A DNA stretch of 64,000 bases from Candidatus Latescibacterota bacterium (GCA_963667175.2 CAXXXF010000006.1:64001-128000); one strand, 5' to 3'. Counted from the first letter of the stretch, positions 41,325 to 51,597 are shown. The notes: generated by a model from the letters alone, not told the origin. Made by a program: numbers and translations.

Positions 41325-42245
41325 TCACTCACCAAAAAACGGGTACGGCTCGCCGGCTTCCACCAGCCTTTGTACCAGACTCGAGTACTTCAACACCTCC
41401 GTCAGCCGGGCGCGCCAATGCGGGGCGTAGAAGCCGACGAATTCCTGGAAGAACGCTCGCGCATCCTCACTGACGCCATCGAAGTATTGCGGCAGCAAAA
41501 ACCATGGCTGGTCACTGGCGTAGTTCAGCCCACGCCGGCGCATCGTGAACTCTGCGGCGGCCCGTTTTTTTACCGAGATCATCAACGAGCGCCTGAGCTT
41601 GTCGGTGTGATAGCGGCCCCGATGAATGCACAACTGGGTAAACAGCACCGCGTCACCGGGTTCCTGGTGGAGACGAACGGCGCCAGGCATATCGTTCGAA
41701 CGGTTGTGGATCCCATCATCGGCGACGCAGATCGCGTACTCTTCGGGGGAGTAGTCACGCAGGTGAGACCCCGGCACCACTTCGAGATCGTCGGTAGGGA
41801 CCAATGCGATTTGCATCTGCAACCCGGCTCCGGTCTCCGGTCTCCGGGATACGTCTGCTTCCGCACCAATCTTGTCCTTGTGCCAAAATCCGTCCTGGCT
41901 TTCTCCGGTCGGATTAAAGTAGAGGCTGCTCAGGGCGAAGAGGAATTCTTCATCCAGGGCTGCGCTCAGCGATTCGACAACCTGGGGCGACCCCATGGCA
42001 TTGAGCAGAAAGGCGAGATCGTCGGGGTGATCGCGGTGATATTCCGGGTCGTTCAGGTGCCTCATGTAATTGGCCTGGGGCCCCACCGGTGGATTGTCAC
42101 AGCGAGGAGCGCGCCGCCACTGTTCCAGCACTCGCTCACAGATCTCGCGCAGCCTTTTTGTTGTCGCTGCGTCGAACAAACCGCGCACCACGGCGTAAGA
42201 GTGTTGGCGTAGCTGCCCAGGGCACGGTTCAGTAGAAATGTTCAT
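41325..42245 (-). CDS. PhyH family dioxygenase, copy 2
   Basis: Near-identical to 33428-34348 (four amino-acid differences noticed). Confidence 0.9.
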   Translation of the reverse strand: MNISTEPCPGQLRQHSYAVVRGLFDAATTKRLREICERVLEQWRRAPRCDNPPVGPQANYMRHLNDPEYHRDHPDDLAFLLNAMGSPQVVESLSAALDEEFLFALSSLYFNPTGESQDGFWHKDKIGAEADVSRRPETGAGLQMQIALVPTDDLEVVPGSHLRDYSPEEYAICVADDGIHNRSNDMPGAVRLHQEPGDAVLFTQLCIHRGRYHTDKLRRSLMISVKKRAAAEFTMRRRGLNYASDQPWFLLPQYFDGVSEDARAFFQEFVGFYAPHWRARLTEVLKYSSLVQRLVEAGEPYPFFGE

Positions 42246-42356
42246 TATATCCTCTTGTGTTGCTGTAAGAATTGCGTCGTATTTGGACAGCAAAAATACG
42301 GACAGGCTGTCTCGTGCATTCTAACTACGTATGGAAATCAATGCTCTGTTAATTGC

Positions 42357-42442
42357 GGCTAACTACGGTATTATAGAACAGTTACTGCAATGCGTACCTG
42401 AACCGAAGATCTGCGAACATTCGGGAACATTCTACGAAAACC
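42357..42442 (-). repeat. attI-like repeat, copy 2 (shorter)
   Basis: GGCTAACTACGGTATTA...CCTGAACCGAAGATCTGCGAACATTCGGGAACATTC; a second TTCTAACTACG half-site lies at 42319. Confidence 0.65.
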
Positions 42443-42513
42443 ACGTGACTGAGGCGGGGTTGCGGGAGGCCGAAGGGAACGAAAGCGACCGATACGCAAA
42501 GCCCGTGTTAGGC
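42443..42513 (-). repeat. attC site of the Abi_C cassette
   Basis: ACGTGAC...gcggggttgcg/cgcaaagcccgt...GTTAGGC. Confidence 0.65.
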
Positions 42514-42535
42514 GTTGTCGGGGCCGAGCCTTTAT

Positions 42536-43333
42536 CTACGCATCTCGATCGAGAAAAGTGTTAATCAGAAATGCACTAAGAGATCCTGCGAGATTCACCG
42601 CCAAATCAGCATGTCGAGACCGTGGCCGGTAATGTACCTGACCTTTTCCGTGGGCATCTCCATACGTGTTTCGGACTGCGCCGAGGCCTTGCACAACCGA
42701 AGTGCACCCTCCGAGAATTTGCTTGAAGATCTGTTCACTGTGGCCGCCGGGCGACAGGTTGAGCGCAGAAGCGACAGCCTTATAGAGCTTAGGAAGATCG
42801 TCTGCAGCATTATACGGGAGTTTGAGTTCGTCCAGGATGAACTTGCAGGTTGACTCCAACATAGATCTGGCGGCCGTGATGGCACCTTCAGGATCGTCGA
42901 GCCTACGCTTCGATGCGCGTTCCCAAGCCTCGAGTACGGCCTCAGCAGAAACATTCTCAAGACTCGCGAATACTGAATCGGCTGCCTGAATGATCTCTCG
43001 GTTTCGGACGTACTCCTGGATGTTGTCAAACTCAGCATTCAGGAAGGTCCTTCTCTCTTCGTAGGTGGGGAACTTTCCTTTTATGAATTCCCAGAATTGA
43101 CTTCCCCATCTATTCTCCACCAGCCATACTGGGAGCTTCCTCAGCAATTCCGGCTCAGACATCAAGCCTTCCCGTGCGTATTCGTAGTCCTGATAGGATA
43201 CGTCCTTGAAGGTCGCAAGATCCACACATCTTCGCCGGAGAATTTCGATCTTCTTTTCGTTAAGCTCGTGGTCTGTCATGACGTGTAGAGAGTCCTCATG
43301 ATCGAAGGGCTTCACAGTCTTCAGCCCCAACAC
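42536..43333 (-). CDS. abortive-infection family protein (Abi_C domain)
   Basis: DPEGAITAARSMLESTCK...RNTYGDAHG (HEPN-like RxxxxH)...ADLAVNLAGS. Confidence 0.85.
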   Translation of the reverse strand: MLGLKTVKPFDHEDSLHVMTDHELNEKKIEILRRRCVDLATFKDVSYQDYEYAREGLMSEPELLRKLPVWLVENRWGSQFWEFIKGKFPTYEERRTFLNAEFDNIQEYVRNREIIQAADSVFASLENVSAEAVLEAWERASKRRLDDPEGAITAARSMLESTCKFILDELKLPYNAADDLPKLYKAVASALNLSPGGHSEQIFKQILGGCTSVVQGLGAVRNTYGDAHGKGQVHYRPRSRHADLAVNLAGSLSAFLINTFLDRDA

Positions 43334-43474
43334 TAAGACGTCTCTTTCTCCCTAGTCCTTAAATAAGCGGGTTTTTGCGGATTTTTATGTACAAAAGTAC
43401 CGGAAAGACTTACCTTATAGGGAGTTAGCAGTATCTGTCGGGAAATTGCTACTCCAACAAAAGGGGCCTTTCCG

Positions 43475-44986
43475 GTGAAAAGAATATCGACAAAAAACAG
43501 TCGCAGGAACAGTGAAAAATGCAGGCGTCGTGTACGTGCCCGGCATCGGCGTGCGCGTGGATTTTGTGCGCAAGCCAGGCCGTTGTTTGGCAGCGGTAAC
43601 GCGCGTTACGAGGTGGGCGCCTCGGCAGAAGCGATGAACTATGGCGGCATTACAGCCGCGCATCGTCTGGTGACGAAGTTGGGATTGGTCAAAAAGATTG
43701 ACGAGAGGCTGGCGTTGTTGAAGGTGCATCTGCCGTATCATGAGTCGGATCACGTGTTGAGCCTTACCTACAACGTGATGTGCGGTGGCACGTGTCTGGA
43801 GGACATCGAGCGTTTGCGGCACGACGAGGCGTATATGAATGCCCTGGAGGCGGAGATCATCCCGGACCCGACCACTGCGGGCGACTTCATGCGTCGCTTT
43901 AGTGAAGCGGACGTGATCGCGCTGATGGACTGCATCAACGCGGTACGCCCCAAGCTGTGGTGCAAACGCGCTGCCGACTTGTTGTCAGGGGTGGCCTACA
44001 TCGACGTGGATGGCACGAGTGCCCCGACGTATGGAGAGAAGAAGGGCGGTATGGACATCTCCTACAAGGGCGTGTGGGGGTATGCCCCCCTGATCGTGTC
44101 GTTGGCCAACACCAAAGAGGTGCTGTACGTGGTCAACCGTCCCGGCAACGCGCCGTCTCACCAGGGTGCCGCCCCCTGGATCGATGCGGCCATTGACCTG
44201 GTGAAGCCCCATGTGGGGCGCGTGTGCCTGCGCGGCGACACGGACTTTTCGCTGACGGCGCACTTCGATGGCTGGGCCGAGGACGTCGATTTTATCTTTG
44301 GGATGGACTGCAATAACGCCTTACGAACACGTGCCGAGGCCCTTGAAGAAGCCGACTGGCAGCGCCTGCACCGGCCTGAAGCGACACAGAAAAGAAAGCG
44401 GCGCGACAATGAAAAGCAGCGTATCGTCAGGCAACGGGGCTACCTCAAGCTTTCGCTCAACTATGAAGACGTGGCTTCCTTTGACTATCAGCCCGGCAAG
44501 TGCGAACGATCCTACCGCATCGTGGCCCTACGCAAGAACATCAGTAAGACCAAAGGGGAGCACACCCTCTTCGACGATGTCCGATATTTCTTCTACATCA
44601 CCACACGCAGTGACCTCACCGCCGCACAGGTCGTCGCGACTGCCAACCAGCGATGCGACCAGGAAAACGTCATCGAACAACTCAAAAACGGCGTCAATGC
44701 CCTGCGCGTGCCCCTGTATGACCTGGTCAGCAACTGGGCCTACATGGTCATCGCCGCACTGGCATGGAACATCAAGTCGTGGTTCGCCCTGATGATGCAT
44801 CGAATAAAACACCGCCGAGAATATATCCGGATGGACTTTCGCACCTTCCTCAACCACATCATCCTGTTTCCCTGTCGCGTCGTGAAACACGCACGAAGCA
44901 CCACCATACGCATCATCGGCTATCGGCCGTCACTCAATAGACTCCTGGGCGCTTGGAGCACCATCCAACGCACAGGCTTCACATGA
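43475..44986 (+). CDS. IS1380-family transposase
   Basis: YHESDHV, IDVDGT, LRGDTDF, NQRCDQENVIEQLK. Confidence 0.9.
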   Translation: MKRISTKNSRRNSEKCRRRVRARHRRARGFCAQARPLFGSGNARYEVGASAEAMNYGGITAAHRLVTKLGLVKKIDERLALLKVHLPYHESDHVLSLTYNVMCGGTCLEDIERLRHDEAYMNALEAEIIPDPTTAGDFMRRFSEADVIALMDCINAVRPKLWCKRAADLLSGVAYIDVDGTSAPTYGEKKGGMDISYKGVWGYAPLIVSLANTKEVLYVVNRPGNAPSHQGAAPWIDAAIDLVKPHVGRVCLRGDTDFSLTAHFDGWAEDVDFIFGMDCNNALRTRAEALEEADWQRLHRPEATQKRKRRDNEKQRIVRQRGYLKLSLNYEDVASFDYQPGKCERSYRIVALRKNISKTKGEHTLFDDVRYFFYITTRSDLTAAQVVATANQRCDQENVIEQLKNGVNALRVPLYDLVSNWAYMVIAALAWNIKSWFALMMHRIKHRREYIRMDFRTFLNHIILFPCRVVKHARSTTIRIIGYRPSLNRLLGAWSTIQRTGFT

Positions 44987-45163
44987 CCGCAACCGCAGCA
45001 ATCCTGATCACATACAAACCCATACACAACGGCCACCACGACGTAGCGGACAATTACGCCTACAACACAACCCGACACCGACAACCCTACGTGCCAATAT
45101 AGGGTGAGACAACTCCCCCTTCGAGATTAATGTCGTATTAATGGGCGGAGAGGAGAGCACGAG

Positions 45164-45637
45164 ATGCGGTCAAGAACCGATGTTGGAGACAACGGCAGCA
45201 GCAGCAAGGGGTCTCTGGTTGTGGAGGTCCCGCGCGGGACCTCCACAACCACGAGGCCGGATCCGGAAGTGGTGGCGCGTGCGAAGCGTCGCCGGTTCAC
45301 GGCAAAGTACAAGCTTCGCATCCTGGAAGAGGCGGACGCTTGTCGCGCTCCTGGTGAAGTCGGCGCGCTGCTGCGCCGCGAGGGACTGTATTCCTCGCAG
45401 TTGACGCAGTGGCGTCGTGCGCGTCGTGAGGGGTCGCTCAAGGCGCTGTCGAAGCTGCGGGGACCCAAGGGACATCGCCGCGACGAGGTGGCCGTCGAGA
45501 ACCAGCACCTGCGCAAGGAGAACGCCCGTTTGCGGCGACGATTGGAACAGGCGAACACGATCCTCGAGATCCAAAAAAAAGCCTCCGAGATCCTGGGCAT
45601 CCCCCTGAATCCGCCAGCAGGCGACGACGACGTATGA
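45164..45637 (+). CDS. IS3 OrfA
   Basis: RRRFTAKYKLRIL...LLRREGLYSSQLTQWR. Confidence 0.85.
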   Translation: MRSRTDVGDNGSSSKGSLVVEVPRGTSTTTRPDPEVVARAKRRRFTAKYKLRILEEADACRAPGEVGALLRREGLYSSQLTQWRRARREGSLKALSKLRGPKGHRRDEVAVENQHLRKENARLRRRLEQANTILEIQKKASEILGIPLNPPAGDDDV

Positions 45638-46680
45638 TACGGGCCTGCCTGCGCCGAGCCCCGCGCGGCAGGCAGGCGGCAGAACAACTGGCCCCGAAGG
45701 TCGGGTTGGCTTCCGCGTGCCGGGCGCTGGGTGTGGCGCGGGCATCGGTCTACCGTGCGCGTCAGCCAGCCCAACGCGGGCCTCGTGGCGCACGGTCCTC
45801 GTCGCCACGTGCGCTTTCCCAAAACGAGCGCGCTACCGTGCTGGACATCCTGCACGAGGACCGCTTCGTAGACCAGGCGCCACCGGCAGTCTACGCCGCG
45901 CTGCTCGAGGAAGGGCGGTATGTCTGCTCGATCCGGACCATGTACCGTCTGCTGCACGATGCAGGAGAGGTGCCCCAGCGGCGACACCAGCGGCGTCATC
46001 CACGTCTGGAACCGCCCCGCTTGATGGCGGATGCGCCCAACCAGGTCTGGACATGGGATATCACGCGGCTGCCAGGAACCCGCAAGTGGGAAACCTATCC
46101 CCTCTACGTCGTACTGGATCTGTTCTCACGCTATGTCGTGGCCTGGATGGTCGCCACAAGAGAAAGCGCCACATACGCCAAGCGCCTGATCACCAACGCC
46201 TGCACCAAGCAGGGCATTCAACCCGGACAACTGACGCTGCACCAGGACCGCGGCGCACCCATGACAGCCAAGACGTTTTCGCAGTTGCTGATGGACCTCG
46301 ACATCCTGGCCAGCTACGCTCGACCCCGCGTCTCCGATGACAACCCGTATTCCGAAAGCCAATTCAAAACGCTCAAATACGCGCCTTCATACCCCGGGCG
46401 CTTCACCAACCCGCAAGAAGCCCGCACCTATTTACAGGCCTTCTTTTCCTGGTACAACACACAACACCGGCACAGCGGACTGGGCTTACTCACGCCCGAC
46501 ACCGTCCACCACGGGCTCACACAGCAGGTTCAAGCCGCCAGACAATCGGTGCTGGACCAGGCTTATCACAACCACCCTGAACGATTTGTAAAGGGGCATC
46601 CTCGGCCACCACGCGTTCCAGACCAAGTCTGGATTAACCAACCACAGAACACCATCGAATGCCATCAGTTGCTTCACTAA
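45634..46680 (+). CDS. IS3 OrfB (DDE integrase)
   Basis: WTWDIT, HQDRG, DNPYSESQFKTLK. Confidence 0.9.
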   Translation: MIRACLRRAPRGRQAAEQLAPKVGLASACRALGVARASVYRARQPAQRGPRGARSSSPRALSQNERATVLDILHEDRFVDQAPPAVYAALLEEGRYVCSIRTMYRLLHDAGEVPQRRHQRRHPRLEPPRLMADAPNQVWTWDITRLPGTRKWETYPLYVVLDLFSRYVVAWMVATRESATYAKRLITNACTKQGIQPGQLTLHQDRGAPMTAKTFSQLLMDLDILASYARPRVSDDNPYSESQFKTLKYAPSYPGRFTNPQEARTYLQAFFSWYNTQHRHSGLGLLTPDTVHHGLTQQVQAARQSVLDQAYHNHPERFVKGHPRPPRVPDQVWINQPQNTIECHQLLH

Positions 46681-47219
46681 TTTCCAACGGGAGGTGTCTC
46701 ATTTCTATTGACACGTTCCGCAACACACCCCTGACGGCCACCTCTAACACACCAACAGACGCTCCGCTAACGCCAAAACGACCGCACGCATACCTCAATA
46801 CGCAACACATACACCGCATTCAAACAAAACGTCACACAACTCTGACGCTCTGTACAACAAATATCAATACTCGCTTATTTTAGGCCTAGTCTTGGCGGTC
46901 GACTCTTTCTTTCATTCTTGTAGGATTCAAACCAGGAGACTTTGTCAAATCCTGTATAGTCACTTCAATACCTCCAAAAGCCGTTTTCCATCGCGGTGGC
47001 CGGATTTAGACCTACAACGAAAATCTTGCAGTCGTAGGGCGAACTCTGACACACAAATGGTCTACAATTCTCAGATAGAATCGCGCTTAGCCTTCTCCGA
47101 AATTCCGCATGCTTTGTCACTTGAGATACCGCCTATTTTCCAATGCTGTGATTTGGAATGGTCTGTTCTTTACGCGCCATGTATTGGAAGTGGCCCACAA
47201 TCAATGGCAAATACGCATT

Positions 47220-47294
47220 TATTAACGGCTTAGCGTCTACCGCAAGGGCTTGAGCGTAGCGAAGGCCATGTCGGTCAGCATTGCCTTGTTAGAT
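47220..47294 (-). repeat. attC site of the CBASS cassette
   Basis: TATTAAC...GTTAGAT; 6/7 complement of GTCTAAC at 48954. Confidence 0.8.
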
Positions 47295-47973
47295 CGCCTT
47301 TGCATACCTTGACACGACGAGAAAACATCTGCACTAAGCGAGAAGGCCTCCTCTGCTCACAGGACATCGCCTCCTGAAAAGAATGAGCACGGAACCGGCA
47401 GACAAAGTCGAGGTCAAGCGTGCCGGATGTGCTTCGTACGTTCCAGTAGTTCCCTGTAAGCCTCCTGGGGTTTCTCGGCGGTCCTTCGATAGCGAGTCGA
47501 GTGGCGCCGTAGTGCATCGGGCTGCGTGTTTGTTGATGCTGGATCTCTGGCTCGTTCAAGTAAACCGTAGCAAGCAAGAATCGTTCGCCAGCTTCCTCGG
47601 AAATGGATGCCGCCACTGTTGTCGAGGAAGACTCTCGAGTGTACTGACGAACGTTCAGCCCATCGACGGTCTGTGTTACCACTATGGCCACATCGATTGG
47701 CCCACGTGGCTTGACTTCGCCATCGTGGATATAGTTCGATTTGAGTTTGCCCACCCACGTTCCGGTCAACCGAGGGGTCTTCGTCAATAGATGCACTACT
47801 GGCCAGTACCAGGTCCAGTGTTTAAAAACAAACCCTGTGGAAGTCAAAACACCCACTGCGACTGAGAAAGGGACCAGAAAGCTCCATGCTAGTTGGACTC
47901 CCTGTACGAACAGATAGATAGACCAAGTAGCGGCGACGAGCGCAACAATTATTGTGGCGTATGTTCTACTCAT
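47275..47973 (-). CDS. cap15: CBASS effector, SMODS-associated 2TM beta-strand (Cap15-like)
   Basis: Two N-terminal TM segments; PRLTGTWVG, TRESSS, YLNEP, HYGA, LTGNYW; ATGA overlap with the cyclase stop. Confidence 0.85.
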   Translation of the reverse strand: MSRTYATIIVALVAATWSIYLFVQGVQLAWSFLVPFSVAVGVLTSTGFVFKHWTWYWPVVHLLTKTPRLTGTWVGKLKSNYIHDGEVKPRGPIDVAIVVTQTVDGLNVRQYTRESSSTTVAASISEEAGERFLLATVYLNEPEIQHQQTRSPMHYGATRLAIEGPPRNPRRLTGNYWNVRSTSGTLDLDFVCRFRAHSFQEAMSCEQRRPSRLVQMFSRRVKVCKGDLTRQC

Positions 47974-48893
47974 TGCCTGAATCCCACGTGTTGCCAAGCA
48001 CGGATCAGGAACTCATGCGCGGTCGCCTTGGACCACGGCTGTGTGATTCCGAAAAGCCACTTCAAACCGCTTACCTCGACAAGAACGAGGTCTTCGGTCT
48101 CGGGTTTCGTCTTGTTCCAGAGTTGTGCCACGACCGCCTGCACGTCATCGTATAGATCTTTTTTCTGGTAGCAATCATTGGACGCGTTATAAGCGAGGCA
48201 CTCGAGTAGAAATGATGGTACGTCGGCAGCGGTTCTTGCCGCCGTGCTTCCTGCCTCCTGCATGTCGTCACGCAATCGCTTCAGGATCCGAGTAACACGC
48301 TTATACCGCCGCCCAGTAAGGTCATTTTTGGCGACGCCCTTGTCATAGTGTTGCTCATGCCAGTTGATAATCTTCCTGTTTTCACTTCCGCGCATTTCTA
48401 CACCTTCGAGGTAGTGCCAAGTACCATCGCTGTTCTTCCTGCCTGTGTATCGACGGTGCTCCAAAAAGACGGCTACGTCGGCGTCAAGCCGCGCGCTAGT
48501 TTCATGTACATCAAACGCCTTTGTACCCGATGTTACGCCATCTGCACCAAACTTGCTGGCGAGAGCGCGACCCACGTCCGTGCGGAAATTGGAAAGTCCG
48601 TAGGATGTATCAGTGAATCCAAGGTCGGAAGCCTGAGGAGGCTTACCTGATGGGTATTCTGGAAAGAAGCTATCATGGAGAACCACGGCAACATCGATGT
48701 CACTCTCAAGCCGTGTGTTCGTATTGTTTCTGTAGGAGCCAGTGGCGTACACACTTGTCTGTTTGGTCTTTAAAGGCTGATGCTCGTGGATCGCTTGGCG
48801 GATCATTCTCGCTGCGCGGGCGGCTTTGGCTTCCTCCGTATCGCTTGCGGGTTTGGACCATGAGGTGAACAGGGCTTTCCAGTCGCGAGGCAT
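47970..48893 (-). CDS. cGAS/DncV-like nucleotidyltransferase (CdnE-like)
   Basis: W-KPASDTE, GSYRNNTNTRLESDIDV, DADV, IINWHEQHY...RYKRVTRILK, PSFLLECLAYN. Confidence 0.9.
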   Translation of the reverse strand: MPRDWKALFTSWSKPASDTEEAKAARAARMIRQAIHEHQPLKTKQTSVYATGSYRNNTNTRLESDIDVAVVLHDSFFPEYPSGKPPQASDLGFTDTSYGLSNFRTDVGRALASKFGADGVTSGTKAFDVHETSARLDADVAVFLEHRRYTGRKNSDGTWHYLEGVEMRGSENRKIINWHEQHYDKGVAKNDLTGRRYKRVTRILKRLRDDMQEAGSTAARTAADVPSFLLECLAYNASNDCYQKKDLYDDVQAVVAQLWNKTKPETEDLVLVEVSGLKWLFGITQPWSKATAHEFLIRAWQHVGFRQ

Positions 48894-49042
48894 CGTCATC
48901 TCCGGTGCTTGAACACGTTGGCGTTGCGAGTTGGTTCGCATCTAGGATGATCTGTCTAACTAGTGATTAACGGCCCGTAAGCAGAATGTACCCTGGTACT
49001 CTGCAGATACTGCAAGATTCTCATGATTCAATTTCCGCTTTC

Positions 49043-49133
49043 AACTAACGGTTTCATCATTTACGACCCCGCGTACATGGGGTGCCGAAGGCTAGTAACC
49101 GACTGGGCCCCAGCGTAAATGGGAGTGTCGAAA
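49043..49133 (-). repeat. attC-like site
   Basis: AACTAAC...catttacg/cgtaaatg...GTCGAAA; gccgaaggc mini-hairpin. Confidence 0.7.
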
Positions 49134-49328
49134 AGTACGGTTTCCGTAGAAAGAGTAGCTTGTCACGGATCGCCCTAATCAGGCCACCCAAGGATTGTTA
49201 ATGATCGCCCATATGCGGCCAATGCGGGATCGGCCTAATGAGGCCACCTGGGATGCGATAAAGGTTTCGGACTATCTGGCAACGGTTCTACCTTCTTTCT
49301 GTCTCCCCGACAGTCAGGAGGGAAGGAC

Positions 49329-50876
49329 ATGGCCAACCGGAGGTTCGAGATGTATCAGTGTCGCCAGGTATTGACGCGTATGCGGTTGGGCGATTCGGAT
49401 CGTGCGATCGCCCGTTCAGGATTGCTGGGTCGGCGGAAGGCCGGCGCGCTTCGTGAAGTGGCTGGCCGTGAGGGATGGCTGGAGCCTTCCAGTGTGTTGT
49501 CCGATGATGCCACGCTGGTGCAGGTGGTTCAGGTTCCAACCTCGCGGCCTCAGTCGGCCTCGTCGGTTTTACCCTACCAGGACAAGGTGACAGCTTGGTG
49601 GCGTGAGGGTATCCGGGGTACCGTCATCCACCAGGCGTTGGTGGACACCTACGGCTATGCCGGCTCGTATTCTTCCATCCGTCGATTTCTCCAGCAACTC
49701 AAAGACGCTCATCCCGACGTCACCACCGTGTTGGACTTCGATCCGGGCGACGTGGCGCAGGTGGACTTCGGGCGGGGTCCCACGATAGAGGACGTCTTCA
49801 CCCACCAGACCATCGCGACGTGGATCTTCGTGATGGTACTGGCCTGGTCTCGCCACCAGTGTGCCGAGATTGTGCCGGACCAGAAGGTCGAGACGTGGCT
49901 TTCCTGCCACAGAAGCGCCTTCGAGTTCTTCGGCGGAGTCCCGGCACGCGTGGTGATCGACAACCCCAAAAACGCCATCACCAGAGCCTGCTACCACGAT
50001 CCGGAGGTGCAGCGCGCCTACGGCGAGTGCGCCGAAGGCTATGGCTTCACCATCTCCCCGTGCCCCGTGCGAGACCCGAAGAAGAAGGGGCGCGTGGAGG
50101 CGGCCGTGAAGGTTGTCAAGCGCAGCTTTGTTCCCCTGCGCCAGTTCCGTGACATCAGAGATGCCAACCGGCAGTTGCAGGACTGGATCCCGGGGGTGGC
50201 CGGTAACCGCATTCACGGCACCACCCACGAACGACCCCTGACACGCTTTGCACAGACCGAGCGCGAGTTCCTCAAGCCGTTACCCGCCATTCCACCTGAG
50301 CAGGCGGCCTGGGCGAAGGTGAAGGTTCACGGCGACTGCCACGTCCAGTTCGAGAAGTGTCGATCTTCCGTGCCCTATGCCCTGGTGCGCCAACAGCTCT
50401 GGTTGCGGGCCAGCCCAAAAACCGTGAGGATCTACCAGAACCACAACATGGTAGCCGTTCATCCCCGTAAAAACACACCTGGTGCACGCGCGACCGTTAC
50501 CGAACATCTGCCGCCAGAGGCGCGCGCTTTCCTGATGCGCGATCCACAATGGTGCCTCAAACAGGCACAGAGTATCGGTCCTTCCTGCCACCGCCTCATC
50601 AAGACCCTCTTCTCCGATCGCGTGCTGGACAACCTCCGCGCGGCGCAGGGTATCATCCGACTTTCCGAACGCTACGGCGCAAGGCGCCTTGAGGCCGCCT
50701 GCGACCGCGCCCTGGCCTATGACAACCCCCGCTACCGGAGTGTGAAGAGCATCCTCGAAAAAGGTCTGGACCAACATAAGCATCCAGACGAGACGTCCAC
50801 AGACCCGCACACCCTCGCGTCAGCCTATACGGGAGGGGGACGTTTCAGCCGCGATGCCACAACCCTCTTCAGCTAA
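49329..50876 (+). CDS. istA: IS21 transposase IstA
   Basis: AQVDFG, VIDNPK, KGRVE, RIHGTT. Confidence 0.92.
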   Translation: MANRRFEMYQCRQVLTRMRLGDSDRAIARSGLLGRRKAGALREVAGREGWLEPSSVLSDDATLVQVVQVPTSRPQSASSVLPYQDKVTAWWREGIRGTVIHQALVDTYGYAGSYSSIRRFLQQLKDAHPDVTTVLDFDPGDVAQVDFGRGPTIEDVFTHQTIATWIFVMVLAWSRHQCAEIVPDQKVETWLSCHRSAFEFFGGVPARVVIDNPKNAITRACYHDPEVQRAYGECAEGYGFTISPCPVRDPKKKGRVEAAVKVVKRSFVPLRQFRDIRDANRQLQDWIPGVAGNRIHGTTHERPLTRFAQTEREFLKPLPAIPPEQAAWAKVKVHGDCHVQFEKCRSSVPYALVRQQLWLRASPKTVRIYQNHNMVAVHPRKNTPGARATVTEHLPPEARAFLMRDPQWCLKQAQSIGPSCHRLIKTLFSDRVLDNLRAAQGIIRLSERYGARRLEAACDRALAYDNPRYRSVKSILEKGLDQHKHPDETSTDPHTLASAYTGGGRFSRDATTLFS

Positions 50877-50895
50877 AAAACGGGAGAACAACAAA

Positions 50896-51597
50896 ATGAA
50901 CCCCATGCCTGAACTTGCCCCCATGCTCAAGAGACTGCGCCTGTCCGGCATCCTCGAGACACTGCCTGCCAGAAACCAGGAAGCCATCGACAACAAACTC
51001 GCTTACAGCGAGTTCCTCGCCCTGCTTGTCCAGGACGAGGTCGCACGCAGAGAACACAAAAAGTTCAACCTGCGCCTGCGACGCGCGGGCTTCCGCGGCG
51101 AGAAAACCCTCGAGGGCTTCGACTTCAACCCGTCGATCAATCAGGCCTCCATCAAGGACCTGGCCACCTGTGCCTTCATCAAGGAAAAGGTCGCGGTACT
51201 GATTGCAGGACCTTGCGGCACGGGCAAAAGCCACATCGCACAAGCCCTGGGACACCTCGCCGTCAGAGCCGGCTACGACACCCTGTTCACCACACAAACC
51301 AAGCTGTTGGGACAACTCCACGCAGCCCGCGCCACAGATACCTTCCAGCGGCGCTTCCACAATGTTGTCAATACCCCGCTGCTCATCATCGATGACTTCG
51401 GCCTCAAACCCTTAACGCCGCCATACGACGAGGACTTCCACGACCTCATCTCTGAACGCTATGAACGCGCCGCCACCCTCGACCGTCTCAGACACGGCGC
51501 CTATCGCGTCATCCTCGACGGCGAAAGCTTCCGCGCACCTAAACCCTTACCACAATCACCAAAAAAACACCTTGGAAAGGAGGCCCAAGAACACTAA
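50896..51597 (+). pseudogene. istB: IstB ATPase with internal in-frame deletion
   Basis: GPCGTGKS and LIIDD present, but ERAAT joins directly to LDRL with no TSN...W segment. Confidence 0.8.

Larger units (their letters stand above)
45089..46722 (+). mobile_element. IS3-family element (ends approximate)
   Basis: Imperfect IRs acgtgccaatatagggtgagaca / tgtctcatttctattgacacgt; no clean TSD seen. Confidence 0.8.
43357..46884 (+). mobile_element. IS1380-family element containing a nested IS3
   Basis: TIRs CCTTAAATAAGCG / CGCTTATTTTAGG; flanking direct repeat CCTAGT. Confidence 0.85.
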
